A stretch of 64,000 bases of DNA from Thermoplasmata archaeon (GCA_023265395.1 JAHFTX010000009.1:12308-76307), one strand, 5' to 3'. Positions 36,776-46,811 are shown, counted from the stretch's first letter. The notes: generated from the letters alone by a model not told the origin. Numbers and translations: made by a program.

Positions 36776-39700
36776 ATGGCTGACACCACCGCCGATGAAG
36801 AGGATTCCCCCCCCGCCGAGGAGGAGGGGCAAGGGGAGGTCCTCGACGGGGTTGGCGGCCAAGAGGACTCGGTGACCGAGGAGACGGATTCGCTCGCGGC
36901 CACCGACTCGTCGGACGAAGACCGGGACGAACCTCTCGATGACGAGGAGGAGGCTGAGGAGCCCACCGAACCGGGGGAGCCCGATGACGAGGAGGTGCCG
37001 CGGCCCACGAAAGCCAAGGCGACAAAGACCCGCTCCACGAGGACCACCTCCCGCTGGTGGGGCACCTCGACGCGCGGGGACGCTCCGTCGGACGAGAAGG
37101 CTCCACCAACCTGGGTGGGCCGTCTGGCCGTCCCGCTGCTGTTGCTGTCCTTCTTCTTGCTGGCGATGTTCATCCGTTCCTACTTCTACTGGCAGGTCGC
37201 CGTCCAACCCGTCGAGGACCTCGGCGTCAACTTCTTCTCCCTCTCTGGGAACGACCCCAACTACCACAAGCGGGTCATCGACTATGTCCAGCTCAACCAC
37301 CGGCAGCTGATCATCGACCCGCTGCTGAGCTACCCCAACGGCGCCGTCAACCCCAACCCGCCGCTGTTCGAGTGGAGCATCGTCCTGCTCGGCTACCTGC
37401 TGTCGCCCTTCCTTGGCAACGACGTTCAACTGGCCACGTGGTACGCCCACGAGTTCGGATCGGCGTTCTGGGCTTCAATGACGATCTTCCCCGTCTACGC
37501 CTACGCCAAGGACATGTTCGGGCGGCGACCCGCGATCCTCTCGGCGTTCTTCATCGCCGTCATGGCCGGCAACGTCGAGCGTACCCCTGTGGGCTTCTCC
37601 GACCACGATGCCTTCGTCGTGTTCTTCGTCGTCGTCGCCCTCTTCTTCCTGATGCGCGCCCTGCGCGGCCTACGGGAGGGCACCTACGTCGAGCGCTGGG
37701 GTGACTTCGCCAGCGTCACCCGCGGCGTCGACCGATTCTTGAAACACAACCGCAAGCCGCTGCTCAACGCCGTCATGTCGGGATTGGCGATCGCCACGGT
37801 CTTCCTGGCGTGGAAGGGCATCGCCTATCTCGAAGGGATCCTCCTCGTCTACCTGGTCTTCCATCTCCTGGTCAAGCGGGCACGCAAGGAGGAGAGCCTC
37901 GGGATCGGGGTGATCATCCTGACCACCCTGGCGGTGGCCCTGATCATCCCGATCCCCTACTACGCCTTCGCCCACCTGGCGGTGTGGTACGAGACCCCGC
38001 TGTTCATCTGGGCGTTCCTGGCGATCATCGTCCTGTTCCTCGTCCCCTCGCGCAACACCCCCTGGACCCTGTTGCTCGCCGAGATCGGTGGCACCGTCGC
38101 GTTGGTCTACGTCGTGGCCTCGCGGTTCTTCCCGCAGGTCTGGCAGACGCTGACGGAGCTGCAAGGGTACTTCTTGCGCACCAAGCTCTACACCACCATC
38201 GCCGAGGCCCAAGCGCCGGACTTCAGCCGACTAGTGTTCAGCTACGGCATCGCCACCTTCTTCTTGGCCCTCATCGGGCTCGTGCTCCTCGTGCTGCGGC
38301 TCCGCAAGGAGCGCTTCCGCAACGACCTGATCATCACGCTCATCTGGAGCGGGATGAGCTTCTACCTGGCGACCTCTGCCGTCCGGTTCGTCTACAACGG
38401 GACACCGGTGGTCGCGATCATGGCCGGGTGGGTCGCGTGGGAGGTCATCGAGCGCACCGGCTTCGACCGACTGAGCAAGTCGATGGCCATGACCACCGGT
38501 GCGTGGAACAAGCTGCGGCAGATCAACTTCTGGCACGTCTCGACGACCCTCTTCGTCGTGCTGATGTTGATCGTGCCCAACGTCTGGTACGGTGTCGACG
38601 CGGGCATCCCCTTCGAGACGAAGCAGAAGTACGACAAGGAGGTCTACGACGCCCTCCCCTCGTTCCTGCGCCCCGGCACCGACGTCTACGACCCCGACAC
38701 CGGCGGCTTGTGGTACCTTGGTGCCTTCGGCACCGCCTTCCCGAGCGACTATTGGCTCGATAGCCTGCATTGGTTGGCGCAGCAGGATACCGACCTGCCC
38801 ATCGAGGATCGGCCCGCGTTCGTCAGTTGGTGGGACTATGGTCACTGGTCCGTCCACTGGGGGGAACATCCCTCTGCCGCGGACAACTTCCAACACGGCT
38901 ACCAGTTCACCGGGCAGATGATCACAGCACCCAACGAATCGGTCTCCATCGCCCTGATGGCGGCGCGCATCGCCGAGGGCACCTACAAGAACAACCCGCA
39001 GGTCGAACCCTACCTGCGCGCCCAGCTGGGCGACGAGGTCACCAACGACCTGTTGGACCTCTACAAGAATCCCGGACCCTACGCCCAGGTCATCCTCGAT
39101 GACCCCGACACCTATGGCCGCTTCACGGAGAAGTACCAGGGCCCCGGCGGCACGACACTGCGCCATGACCTCGACCCCCTGAATGTCAAGTGGGCCTATG
39201 GGTCCCGCACCATCCTCAACGCCCTCGACGGCGATGAGGATCGCCTAGTGGACTTCCTGGCTGGTCTCGAGGGTATCACGGGCAAGCAGATGCGGTACTT
39301 CGCCGTCGACAGCCGCCTCTTCCCTTACTCGGCGTCCAACACCGGCATCTTCTACGCGCCGGTGCGCCTCTCCGACCAGGAGATCGACGACTTCCTGTTG
39401 ATTGAAGCGACGCTCAGCAACGGCCAGACGGTCAAGAGCTCCGAGATCAAGGGCGACCTCCAGCAACAGATCCAGCGGGGCGAGGTGAGCATCAACAGCT
39501 TCTCCTTGACCTACGAGCCACCCTTCCTCGACTCGCTCTTCTATCGCGCCTACGTCGGCTACAGCGGGGCGGACATCGGCCGCACCGACCCGACCTGCCT
39601 GCCGGCGATGCGGGTCTCCCAGGTGAAGGGTGGTCAGAACGCCTGCACCCAGCTGCTCCCCCTGCAAGGATGGGGACTTGAGCACTGGAAACTGGTCTAT

Positions 39701-42700
39701 CGCAGCCAGTACTGGAACCCCAACGCCACGGACCTGAGCAACCACACCGACGAATGGAGGATCGTCTCCCCGGAGTTGGCGGCGGAGCTGTCGGGCCAGC
39801 AGGACCCCGAGCTGGCCGGTACCTTGGACACGACCCTGCGCGGCCTGCTCAGTGGGGTGTTCTACCTACGGTACTATCCTGGGGTCGTCGCCGAGGGTGC
39901 CGTCACCGCCAGCGACGGCAGCCCCGTGGCCAACGCCCGGGTGACGGTCTTCGACGACCTCAAGGCACTCGACCCTTCGCTCCCGGGGGTTCCTCACCAG
40001 AGCGTGCGCACCGATGCCCAGGGACACTACCGGATCATCCTGCCTCCTGGGGAGGTGTTGCTGCGCGTCACCAACGGTGGCGACGGGGACACCAACGCTG
40101 CCGAGCAGAACCGCATCCTGATGCAGGACTACCGCCTGCTCGCCGAGCAGCGGCTGACCATCCTGCCCGACCAGGCCGAGCGGTCGGTCGGCGACCTCAA
40201 CGGCGACGGCCAACCCGACTGGAAGCTGCGCCAGGACTTCGTCATCCCCCTGGCATCGGTCGAGGGCAACGTCTACTGGGATGTCGACGGTGATGGGAGC
40301 CTCGACGCCGGGACGGATCTGCCCATCAGTGGCTCGATCCGCCTGAGCAGCGTCGCGGGGGACTCGACGCTCCTTGCGCAAATCGGCACGGACGGGACCT
40401 ACCGCCTGACCGACGTCATCCCTGGCGATTACCAGATGGTCCTCCTCCACGAAGGCACCGACTTCACCTTCGAGCAATTGAAGGTCGACCCCTCGGACCA
40501 TCTGACCGAGGACCGGGGCGTCACGCCTGCCGGGCTCAACGGGACGCTCGCGGTGATCGAGGGGTCCAACACCAGCCTCGCTGGGGCGCAACTCGTGTTG
40601 CGTGCCGCCGACGGGCACTCGGTCGCCCGGACCCGCACCAACGCCACGGGCGCCTACGTCATGACCCGGCTGCTGCCCGGGACCTTCAACCTCACGCTCG
40701 AGGAGCAGCGGTTCTTCCCTGCGCGCGAACCCGTCAGCCTCATCGACGGGGCCAACAGCTCGGTCAACCTCACCATCCGCCCTACCTCGACGGTCATCGG
40801 CGTGGTGCAGCTGCCCGATGGCAGCCCAGCCGCCAATGCTACACTGCTGTTTGCGCACCGGACCAATCAGAGCCTGACCCTGACGGCGACCGCAGGAGCG
40901 GGGGGCTCGTACCGGGCCTATCTCGCGGCGGGGTCCTACGCCCTGACCGTGCAGTATGCGCGCGGGGGGCTCCCCTATGGGATGCTGCAGGACCTCGAGG
41001 TCGTGGGCGAAGGCACCGTCGTCGAGTTGCCCGTGCAGCTGGCGCGCGCAACCGCCTTCAGCGGACGCACCTTCATCGACACCAACGGCAACAACAGCTA
41101 CGACCTTCTGCGCCTCAAGGTGGTCTCGGGCCCGGGCGGTCCGGGCAACGTCGGCGGTGGCGGCCTAGGGGACATAGCGACCAAACCGATCGAGGGTGTC
41201 CTGCCGGGTGTGGGCAGGCCCGAGGAGGCGGGCCACCGCTCCGTGACCGTCTTCGGCCCCTTGGGCCTGCAGACCGTGCGCACCGACGCTGCGGGTCACC
41301 TGTCGCTGCTGCTCCCCAGCGGCGACTATACGATACTGGCCAACTCCAAGGAGCAACCCAGTGGAGCGGCCCAGACGAAGCTGCGACAGCTCAGCGTCGG
41401 TCTGACCCCCCAGCCGTCGGCGACCTTGGACCTGCAGTTGAGCAACGGCACGATCTTCGACGGCGTATTGTTCGAGGACCGCAACGACGACGGCCTGACC
41501 GACCCCGGCGAGCACCTGCGATCGGGCACCGTCAGCCTGACGCCATCCCGGGGAACTCCCTTCTCCTTCCCCATCGACATCAACGGGACCTTCAACTGGT
41601 CCCTGCCCGCCGGGACCTACCACCTACGGGCAGCTGCCACTGGTTACGTGCCCGCAGACACCGACGTCGTGCTCAGTGGCACCCACCTGACCAAACCGGT
41701 GGCGTTGGTACGCAGCCAGGTCCCCGTGGAGCTGCATGTGGGCACCGATGAAGACGGCGACGGGATCGTCGATGCGGGGGTGGCACTCCCGCTCCAGCTC
41801 CGCGGCGCTGGCACCTCCCAGGAGGTCAGCTCCGACCTCACGGGCAAACTCTCCCTCGACCTGCTGCCCGGGAGCTACTCCATCTCCGTCGACACCAACC
41901 GGACCGAGGAGGGCTCGACGGTCCGCTACAAGGGGGCGACGACCCTCAACCTGACCCTCGGGGATGGACCCACCATCGCGGAGTTCCCGCTCCAGCAGCT
42001 GCTCCACCTGCAGGGGACGCTCTACCGTGACTCCGACCATGACGGCGCCATCGACCAGAGCGAGCGGCGCAATGGTCGGGTGGAAGCGTATGCCGCTGGC
42101 GGTCACGAGGCGGGCACCGCCCGGGCCGACAGCGATGGCCGCTTCGAACTCTACCTGCCGCAGGGCGCCTACAGCCTCCACGCCCGCGAGAGCGACCTGC
42201 TCAGCCCCAGCGGGGTGAGCGTCGCCTTGCTGTCCGTCGACCTCGACGGTCCGACGGCGGTCATACTGAAGCTCGAGACGGCCGTCCGGCTGTTCGGTCA
42301 CACCTACTCCGACGGCAATGGCGATGGGATCCGGCGGATCTCCGAAGACCGGCCAGAGGTCCCGATCCTCCTCCGGGTCGACGGCCAGGGATGGTTCCCC
42401 GCCACCAGCAACGATGCCGCCGAGTTCGAGGTGTTCGTCCCGGCCACCAGTACGTTGCATCTGTTGGTCGACAGCCCCGACACTGATACCGATGGCACAC
42501 CCACGGGCGTGCGCCTCGTCGCGGACCTGCCGCTGAGCATCGACACCGAGGACCGGCAGGTCGACGTGGCGATCGAGGAGTTCGTCGACCTCTCCGGAAC
42601 CCTCAGCTTCGACAGCGACGGTGATGGCAAGGTCGACGCCGGAGAGGAACTCGCGAACGTGACGCTCTCCTTCCCCACCGATGCGGGCGTCATCACGGCC

Positions 42701-44212
42701 CGTACCGATGCGGCAGGCCGGTATGCGGTGGCGGTGCCCGCGGGGACCTACCATCCGACGATCGACGCCCCTGGGTATGACACCAACCTCTCGAGCCTCA
42801 ACGTCGCCGCCGGGACTCCGGCGCACAACCTGACCGCGCTGGCGACCCACCTGCAGGTGAGCGGGACAATCTTCGGCGACAGCAACGGCAACGGCAAGCT
42901 CGACGGCTCCGAGGCCGGACTGGCACTCTCGATCACGCTCCATGGCGCCGGTGAGAGCATCGTCAACCTCACCTCCGACTCCTTTGGCAACATCGCTGGC
43001 GAGGCCAAGGCGGGGAACTACACGCTGTGGGTCGGCAGCGGCAGCGGTCCGGCCACACTGGCCTTGGCCACCACCATCACCATCGCCCCAGGTCGCGGTG
43101 GAGCCGACCTGCTGCTCCCACTGGCACCGACGCTCAAGCTCAAGGTGACGCCGCAGCTCCACGACGAGTCGGGGGCGGAGCGATCCTTGGCGGGGGTCAA
43201 CATCACCGTGACGGCCGCTCTCGGGCAGGAGCAGGTGGTCCCCGCCACGACGGTGCAGGAGCTGTTCCTCCCCGCCGGCAACTACAGCCTGCACGGCAGC
43301 ACGGCCATCGTCGAGTTCGGCAGGCCAGCGACCTACACCCTCGACCAGCAGGTCGTCCTCGACCATCCCCAGGCCCTGTCGGTGCCCTTCGAGAAGGAGC
43401 TGGCCCTCTACGCGCGCGTCGAAGCCGTCGCCCCCCAACTGAGTGGTCTGCAAGCCAACGACAGCATCAACGTCACGTTGCACGTCACCAACGTCGGCAA
43501 CAGCCCCGAGACCTTCCGCCTGCGCACCACCAGCGTCCCCGCGGAGTGGAAGGTCGCCTTCGACCCGCAGGAGGTCACCCTCGGGCTCGACCAGATGGCC
43601 ACGGTCGTCGCCACGGTCAACGTCAGCGCCAAGCCCAACGGCGGCGAGAACTCCCTGCGCTTCAATGCCACCCCCAAGAGGGACGGCACCCAGGGCGGTG
43701 ACCTGCGCCTGACGGCGTCCGTCGACCTGGTCTCATCGGTCCAGCTCAGCCCCGCGGCCAATGCGGTGACGATCCGCGAGGGAGCGTTCGTCTTCACCTT
43801 CACCGTCGCCAACGATGGCAACCACCAGGAAGGGGTCAACCTCACCATCGCCAGCCTCCCCCAGGGCTGGCTGGGGACGCTCGACAACTACAACCCCTCG
43901 GTCCCGCCGGGCAAGACGGCCGACGTCCAGGTGACGGTGCGAGTCCCTGCTGGTGCCGCCCCCGGCGCCAAGACCTTCATCGACATCGCGGCCCGCGCCG
44001 AAGGCGGTGGCAGCGACCGTCTCTCCCTGCCCGTCGACTTCCCCGACCTCGTCGTGGGCAAGGGCGCGATCAAGGTCGAAGGGGCGAAGGTCTCGTTGAA
44101 GAAGTCCACCAGCAGCGGCAGATGGCTGCCCATCCCCAGCTTCGAGGCACCGCTTGCCGTGCTGGCGCTTGGGGTCGTGCTGGTCCTGCATCACCGCCGC
44201 AGGGAGGGCTGA
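36776..44212 (+). CDS. aglB: Oligosaccharyltransferase AglB/STT3 fused to a ~1450-aa extracellular array of beta-sandwich repeats with a second C-terminal TM
   Basis: An acidic ~100-aa N-terminal tail precedes about 13 TM helices. The WWDYG catalytic motif lies at nt 38828-38842 (FVSWWDYGHW). From about nt 39870 there are many CarboxypepD_reg/prealbumin-like units (GAVTASDGSPVANARVTVFD...TDAQGHYRI). NEW3/CARDB-like units follow (LHVTNVGNSPETFRLRTTSVPAEWKV). The C-terminus is PSFEAPLAVLALGVVLVLHHRRREG. Confidence 0.88.
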   Translation: MADTTADEEDSPPAEEEGQGEVLDGVGGQEDSVTEETDSLAATDSSDEDRDEPLDDEEEAEEPTEPGEPDDEEVPRPTKAKATKTRSTRTTSRWWGTSTRGDAPSDEKAPPTWVGRLAVPLLLLSFFLLAMFIRSYFYWQVAVQPVEDLGVNFFSLSGNDPNYHKRVIDYVQLNHRQLIIDPLLSYPNGAVNPNPPLFEWSIVLLGYLLSPFLGNDVQLATWYAHEFGSAFWASMTIFPVYAYAKDMFGRRPAILSAFFIAVMAGNVERTPVGFSDHDAFVVFFVVVALFFLMRALRGLREGTYVERWGDFASVTRGVDRFLKHNRKPLLNAVMSGLAIATVFLAWKGIAYLEGILLVYLVFHLLVKRARKEESLGIGVIILTTLAVALIIPIPYYAFAHLAVWYETPLFIWAFLAIIVLFLVPSRNTPWTLLLAEIGGTVALVYVVASRFFPQVWQTLTELQGYFLRTKLYTTIAEAQAPDFSRLVFSYGIATFFLALIGLVLLVLRLRKERFRNDLIITLIWSGMSFYLATSAVRFVYNGTPVVAIMAGWVAWEVIERTGFDRLSKSMAMTTGAWNKLRQINFWHVSTTLFVVLMLIVPNVWYGVDAGIPFETKQKYDKEVYDALPSFLRPGTDVYDPDTGGLWYLGAFGTAFPSDYWLDSLHWLAQQDTDLPIEDRPAFVSWWDYGHWSVHWGEHPSAADNFQHGYQFTGQMITAPNESVSIALMAARIAEGTYKNNPQVEPYLRAQLGDEVTNDLLDLYKNPGPYAQVILDDPDTYGRFTEKYQGPGGTTLRHDLDPLNVKWAYGSRTILNALDGDEDRLVDFLAGLEGITGKQMRYFAVDSRLFPYSASNTGIFYAPVRLSDQEIDDFLLIEATLSNGQTVKSSEIKGDLQQQIQRGEVSINSFSLTYEPPFLDSLFYRAYVGYSGADIGRTDPTCLPAMRVSQVKGGQNACTQLLPLQGWGLEHWKLVYRSQYWNPNATDLSNHTDEWRIVSPELAAELSGQQDPELAGTLDTTLRGLLSGVFYLRYYPGVVAEGAVTASDGSPVANARVTVFDDLKALDPSLPGVPHQSVRTDAQGHYRIILPPGEVLLRVTNGGDGDTNAAEQNRILMQDYRLLAEQRLTILPDQAERSVGDLNGDGQPDWKLRQDFVIPLASVEGNVYWDVDGDGSLDAGTDLPISGSIRLSSVAGDSTLLAQIGTDGTYRLTDVIPGDYQMVLLHEGTDFTFEQLKVDPSDHLTEDRGVTPAGLNGTLAVIEGSNTSLAGAQLVLRAADGHSVARTRTNATGAYVMTRLLPGTFNLTLEEQRFFPAREPVSLIDGANSSVNLTIRPTSTVIGVVQLPDGSPAANATLLFAHRTNQSLTLTATAGAGGSYRAYLAAGSYALTVQYARGGLPYGMLQDLEVVGEGTVVELPVQLARATAFSGRTFIDTNGNNSYDLLRLKVVSGPGGPGNVGGGGLGDIATKPIEGVLPGVGRPEEAGHRSVTVFGPLGLQTVRTDAAGHLSLLLPSGDYTILANSKEQPSGAAQTKLRQLSVGLTPQPSATLDLQLSNGTIFDGVLFEDRNDDGLTDPGEHLRSGTVSLTPSRGTPFSFPIDINGTFNWSLPAGTYHLRAAATGYVPADTDVVLSGTHLTKPVALVRSQVPVELHVGTDEDGDGIVDAGVALPLQLRGAGTSQEVSSDLTGKLSLDLLPGSYSISVDTNRTEEGSTVRYKGATTLNLTLGDGPTIAEFPLQQLLHLQGTLYRDSDHDGAIDQSERRNGRVEAYAAGGHEAGTARADSDGRFELYLPQGAYSLHARESDLLSPSGVSVALLSVDLDGPTAVILKLETAVRLFGHTYSDGNGDGIRRISEDRPEVPILLRVDGQGWFPATSNDAAEFEVFVPATSTLHLLVDSPDTDTDGTPTGVRLVADLPLSIDTEDRQVDVAIEEFVDLSGTLSFDSDGDGKVDAGEELANVTLSFPTDAGVITARTDAAGRYAVAVPAGTYHPTIDAPGYDTNLSSLNVAAGTPAHNLTALATHLQVSGTIFGDSNGNGKLDGSEAGLALSITLHGAGESIVNLTSDSFGNIAGEAKAGNYTLWVGSGSGPATLALATTITIAPGRGGADLLLPLAPTLKLKVTPQLHDESGAERSLAGVNITVTAALGQEQVVPATTVQELFLPAGNYSLHGSTAIVEFGRPATYTLDQQVVLDHPQALSVPFEKELALYARVEAVAPQLSGLQANDSINVTLHVTNVGNSPETFRLRTTSVPAEWKVAFDPQEVTLGLDQMATVVATVNVSAKPNGGENSLRFNATPKRDGTQGGDLRLTASVDLVSSVQLSPAANAVTIREGAFVFTFTVANDGNHQEGVNLTIASLPQGWLGTLDNYNPSVPPGKTADVQVTVRVPAGAAPGAKTFIDIAARAEGGGSDRLSLPVDFPDLVVGKGAIKVEGAKVSLKKSTSSGRWLPIPSFEAPLAVLALGVVLVLHHRRREG

Positions 44213-45189
44213 TGGCTCGCCGACTGCTGCCTAGGAGCGGGGCCCCCAAGGGCGCGTGGTTGCTGCTGGCGGTGCCCCTGCTGCTGCTGGCGGCGCTGGC
44301 CCCGATGCTCGGGAGCGGTGACCTCAACGGCGCGCCGACCACCAACGTCGAGAATGCCAATTGCGTCTGCCACACCCTGCCGACGCCGGGCTCGGAGCTG
44401 GCGGTCTCCCTGGCCATCGCCGGTCCGGAGAGGATCGCCGCCAACAGCTCGGCCAACGTCTACGCCGTCACCCTCGACGTCGCTGGTCTCCCCTCCTCCA
44501 TCGATGCGGAACACCTCTCCTGGGGCTTCTCCGCTGACCTCGACGGTGAGCACCTGACCGGCGCGCGGCTGAGCGCCGACGTCCCGTCGGAGACCTACGA
44601 GGCCGGGTCCCAGCTGGCCTCGAGCGATTACCTGCGCGACGACCACTTCAACGTCACGTTGCGGGGTCCCTCTGCGGCGGGCTCGCTGACCCTGACCGTG
44701 GTGGGCATGTACACCAACGCCGACCGTGGCGCCGAGGGGGACCCCTGGGCGACCGCGACGATGCGGATCGAGGTGGTCCCCCAACGCTTCGTCAACCTCA
44801 CGGTGCAGGTGGACAACACCGGCGGCGCGGAGGCCTCCGGCATCGTGGCGGACTTCTCCATCGACGGCCTGCACGTCGGCAACGACACCCTCGAACGCCT
44901 CGATGTGGGCACCTCCGAGAACCTCACGTTCCAATGGGACGCGAGCTTCGTGCTCCCTGGTGACTACCTGGTCGAGGTCGATGTCCATGCAGGAGAAGGG
45001 CAGGTCGAGCTCGATGACGGCAACAACCACCGCAGCCAGGTCATCCACGTCGGGGCCATCACCAAGCCCCCCAAGGCCACCGGCGGCGACGAAGTCACCC
45101 CGCTGCTGTCGTCGAAGATCTTCCTCTTCATCTACGTCATTGTCGGCATGGCGGTGACGGTGGCACTGCTGGGACGCTGGCTGCGGTAG
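44212..45189 (+). CDS. CARDB-like domain membrane protein, translationally coupled to aglB
   Basis: ATG 44212 shares one nt with the aglB stop (TGATG). Signal/TM GAWLLLAVPLLLLAALAPMLG. CARDB-like segment VNLTVQVDNTGGAEASGIVADFSIDG...GDYLVEVDVHAGEGQVELDDGNN. C-terminal TM IFLFIYVIVGMAVTVALLG ends in RWLR. Confidence 0.6.
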   Translation: MARRLLPRSGAPKGAWLLLAVPLLLLAALAPMLGSGDLNGAPTTNVENANCVCHTLPTPGSELAVSLAIAGPERIAANSSANVYAVTLDVAGLPSSIDAEHLSWGFSADLDGEHLTGARLSADVPSETYEAGSQLASSDYLRDDHFNVTLRGPSAAGSLTLTVVGMYTNADRGAEGDPWATATMRIEVVPQRFVNLTVQVDNTGGAEASGIVADFSIDGLHVGNDTLERLDVGTSENLTFQWDASFVLPGDYLVEVDVHAGEGQVELDDGNNHRSQVIHVGAITKPPKATGGDEVTPLLSSKIFLFIYVIVGMAVTVALLGRWLR

Positions 45190-45307
45190 TGCCGACCGCC
45201 CCACGGCTCCTCGCAACGGTTAAATCCCGCCCGTCCACTGGTGCGTCTGCCCACGGTGCCGGGGGGGCGTCCCCGAGGGTGGGCTCAGATCGCGGAGCGG
45301 CGGACCG

Positions 45308-45754
45308 ATGAGCAAGCTGTACGAGGAATCCTTCGGGGACCGCCTCTCTGCCACCTTTGGTGGCCGCGGGAAGGTCGTCTTCGAGGTCGTCGACGAGCGC
45401 GGGATCTCCCAGGCTCCGGCCTTCACCATCCGATTGTACCAGTACTCGACCTCGCAGGCTCCCAAGGTGCTGGGGCAGATGGCCTTCTTGGTGCACCCCG
45501 ACCGCCGCGCGGAGATCCAGAGCTTCACCATCGAGGACTGGAGCGAGAAGGGCATGTACGGCAACCGTCTGATCAAGTGGTTCATCGGCTTCGTCCGCCG
45601 CAAGAAGAAGGCCAGGTCGATCAACGGCCAGATCTTCGGCACGGACATGCACACGGGCAAGAAGCTCGATGTGTTCCGCGCCTTTGGCTTCGACATCCGC
45701 GAGATGGGCTCGATGGCCGGACATATGGAGTACGCCGTCGAGAAGCGCTTCTGA
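45308..45754 (+). CDS. Hypothetical protein, possibly GNAT-fold acetyltransferase-like
   Basis: Non-shadow composition (K/F/Y/I-containing, unlike GC-frame artefacts). The segment EKGMYGNRLIKWFIGFVRR loosely resembles GNAT motif A. It overlaps only the discarded 5' part of ORF 45241..46803. Confidence 0.45.
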   Translation: MSKLYEESFGDRLSATFGGRGKVVFEVVDERGISQAPAFTIRLYQYSTSQAPKVLGQMAFLVHPDRRAEIQSFTIEDWSEKGMYGNRLIKWFIGFVRRKKKARSINGQIFGTDMHTGKKLDVFRAFGFDIREMGSMAGHMEYAVEKRF

Positions 45755-45802
45755 GGCGCCCCTGCCGACCTTCCTCTGGCTCACTGCCCCCGTTGCTAAG
45801 TG

Positions 45803-45810
45803 CTTTAATA
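45803..45810 (+). promoter_or_regulatory. TATA-like box CTTTAATA upstream of the polyprenyl synthase gene
   Basis: Centred about 25 nt upstream of in-frame GTG 45832. This favours a leaderless GTG start over ATG 45874. Confidence 0.5.
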
Positions 45811-45831
45811 GGCGTCGGTGATTGGGCGCCC

Positions 45832-46803
45832 GTGCCTCCACAGGGGCTGGACCTCGCACTCATCAGCGAGGAGATGGCCAAGGTCGAAGGGGCGATCCAG
45901 AGCGCCGTCTCGACCGACGATGCGCGCCTCAAGGAGGCTGCGCTCCACCTCATCGTCGCCGGGGGCAAGCGCTACCGGCCGGCGCTGGGGGTGACGATCT
46001 ATCGCGCCCTGGGCGGTCCGCGCATCGAGGAGATGGTCCCGGTCGCCGCGGCGATCGAACTGATCCACACCGCCACCTTGATCCACGACGACATCAACGA
46101 CCGCAGCACCACGCGGCGGGGCATCGTCACCACCCATCGACGCTATGGGCGCTCCCGTGCGCTGGTGGCCGGGGACTTCCTCTTCGCCCGCGCCTTTGGG
46201 ATGGTGGGCAACGTCGACCCGCAGGTCATCGACATCGCCGCCCGCGCCTGCACCGAGCTGGCCGAGGGCGAGTTCCTCCAGCTGCAGTACCCCATCGGCC
46301 GGATGACGGAGCAGACCTACCTGCGGATGGTCTCGCTCAAGACCGGGTCGCTCATGCGCGCTGGCGCAGAGGCTGCGACGGTGTTGGCCAAGGCTCCGCC
46401 CCCGCAGGTCGAGGGGATGACCCGCTACGGCCATGCGGTGGGGGTGGGCTTCCAGATCGCCGATGACTACCTCGACGTCCTGGGGGGGAACGGCTGGGGC
46501 AAGCCGCTGGGTGCCGACATGCTCCAGGGCAAGGCGACCCTCGTGGGGGTCCACGCGCTCGCCCAGGTCAGCGGCAAGGACCGCAAGACCCTGCTGGCAG
46601 CCCACGCCCGCAACGGCAAGGGGCGCCCCTACATCGCTCGGGCGATCAAGATCATGGACCGTTGTGGCTCGCTCGACCATGCGCGGACGGTCGCACGCCG
46701 CTACATCTCGGAGGCGCAGCAGGAGTTGCGCCAGCTGCCCGCGACCCCGTACCGCCGACAGCTCGATGCGCTGACCACGTACGCTGTCGGACGCGAGGTC
46801 TAG
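45832..46803 (+). CDS. Polyprenyl (geranylgeranyl) diphosphate synthase
   Basis: First Asp-rich motif LIHDDINDRSTTRRG, second Asp-rich motif FQIADDYLDV, and GKRYRPAL. The start is GTG 45832 (alternative ATG 45874). The 5' 590 nt of the track ORF is rejected. Confidence 0.88.
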   Translation: MPPQGLDLALISEEMAKVEGAIQSAVSTDDARLKEAALHLIVAGGKRYRPALGVTIYRALGGPRIEEMVPVAAAIELIHTATLIHDDINDRSTTRRGIVTTHRRYGRSRALVAGDFLFARAFGMVGNVDPQVIDIAARACTELAEGEFLQLQYPIGRMTEQTYLRMVSLKTGSLMRAGAEAATVLAKAPPPQVEGMTRYGHAVGVGFQIADDYLDVLGGNGWGKPLGADMLQGKATLVGVHALAQVSGKDRKTLLAAHARNGKGRPYIARAIKIMDRCGSLDHARTVARRYISEAQQELRQLPATPYRRQLDALTTYAVGREV

Positions 46804-46811
46804 GGGGTCGC

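Noticed and set aside
44120-44209. PGF-CTERM/archaeosortase sorting signal at the AglB C-terminus (PSF + TM + HHRRREG)
   Set aside because: The tripartite shape is suggestive, but the motif is PSF rather than PGF/PEF. The other surface proteins here have long tails after their TM, and no archaeosortase-like gene is present in the window. It cannot be supported from sequence alone.
44350-44361. Possible haem-binding site C-V-C-H in the 44212 protein
   Set aside because: The spacing is CxCH, not the CxxCH of c-type cytochromes. It is a single occurrence with no cytochrome maturation context.
45241-45831. 5' extension of the polyprenyl synthase ORF (track ORF 45241..46803)
   Set aside because: The extension overlaps the better-looking ORF 45308..45754 in another frame and has shadow-ORF composition. 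A TATA-like box at 45803-45810 fits a start at GTG 45832.
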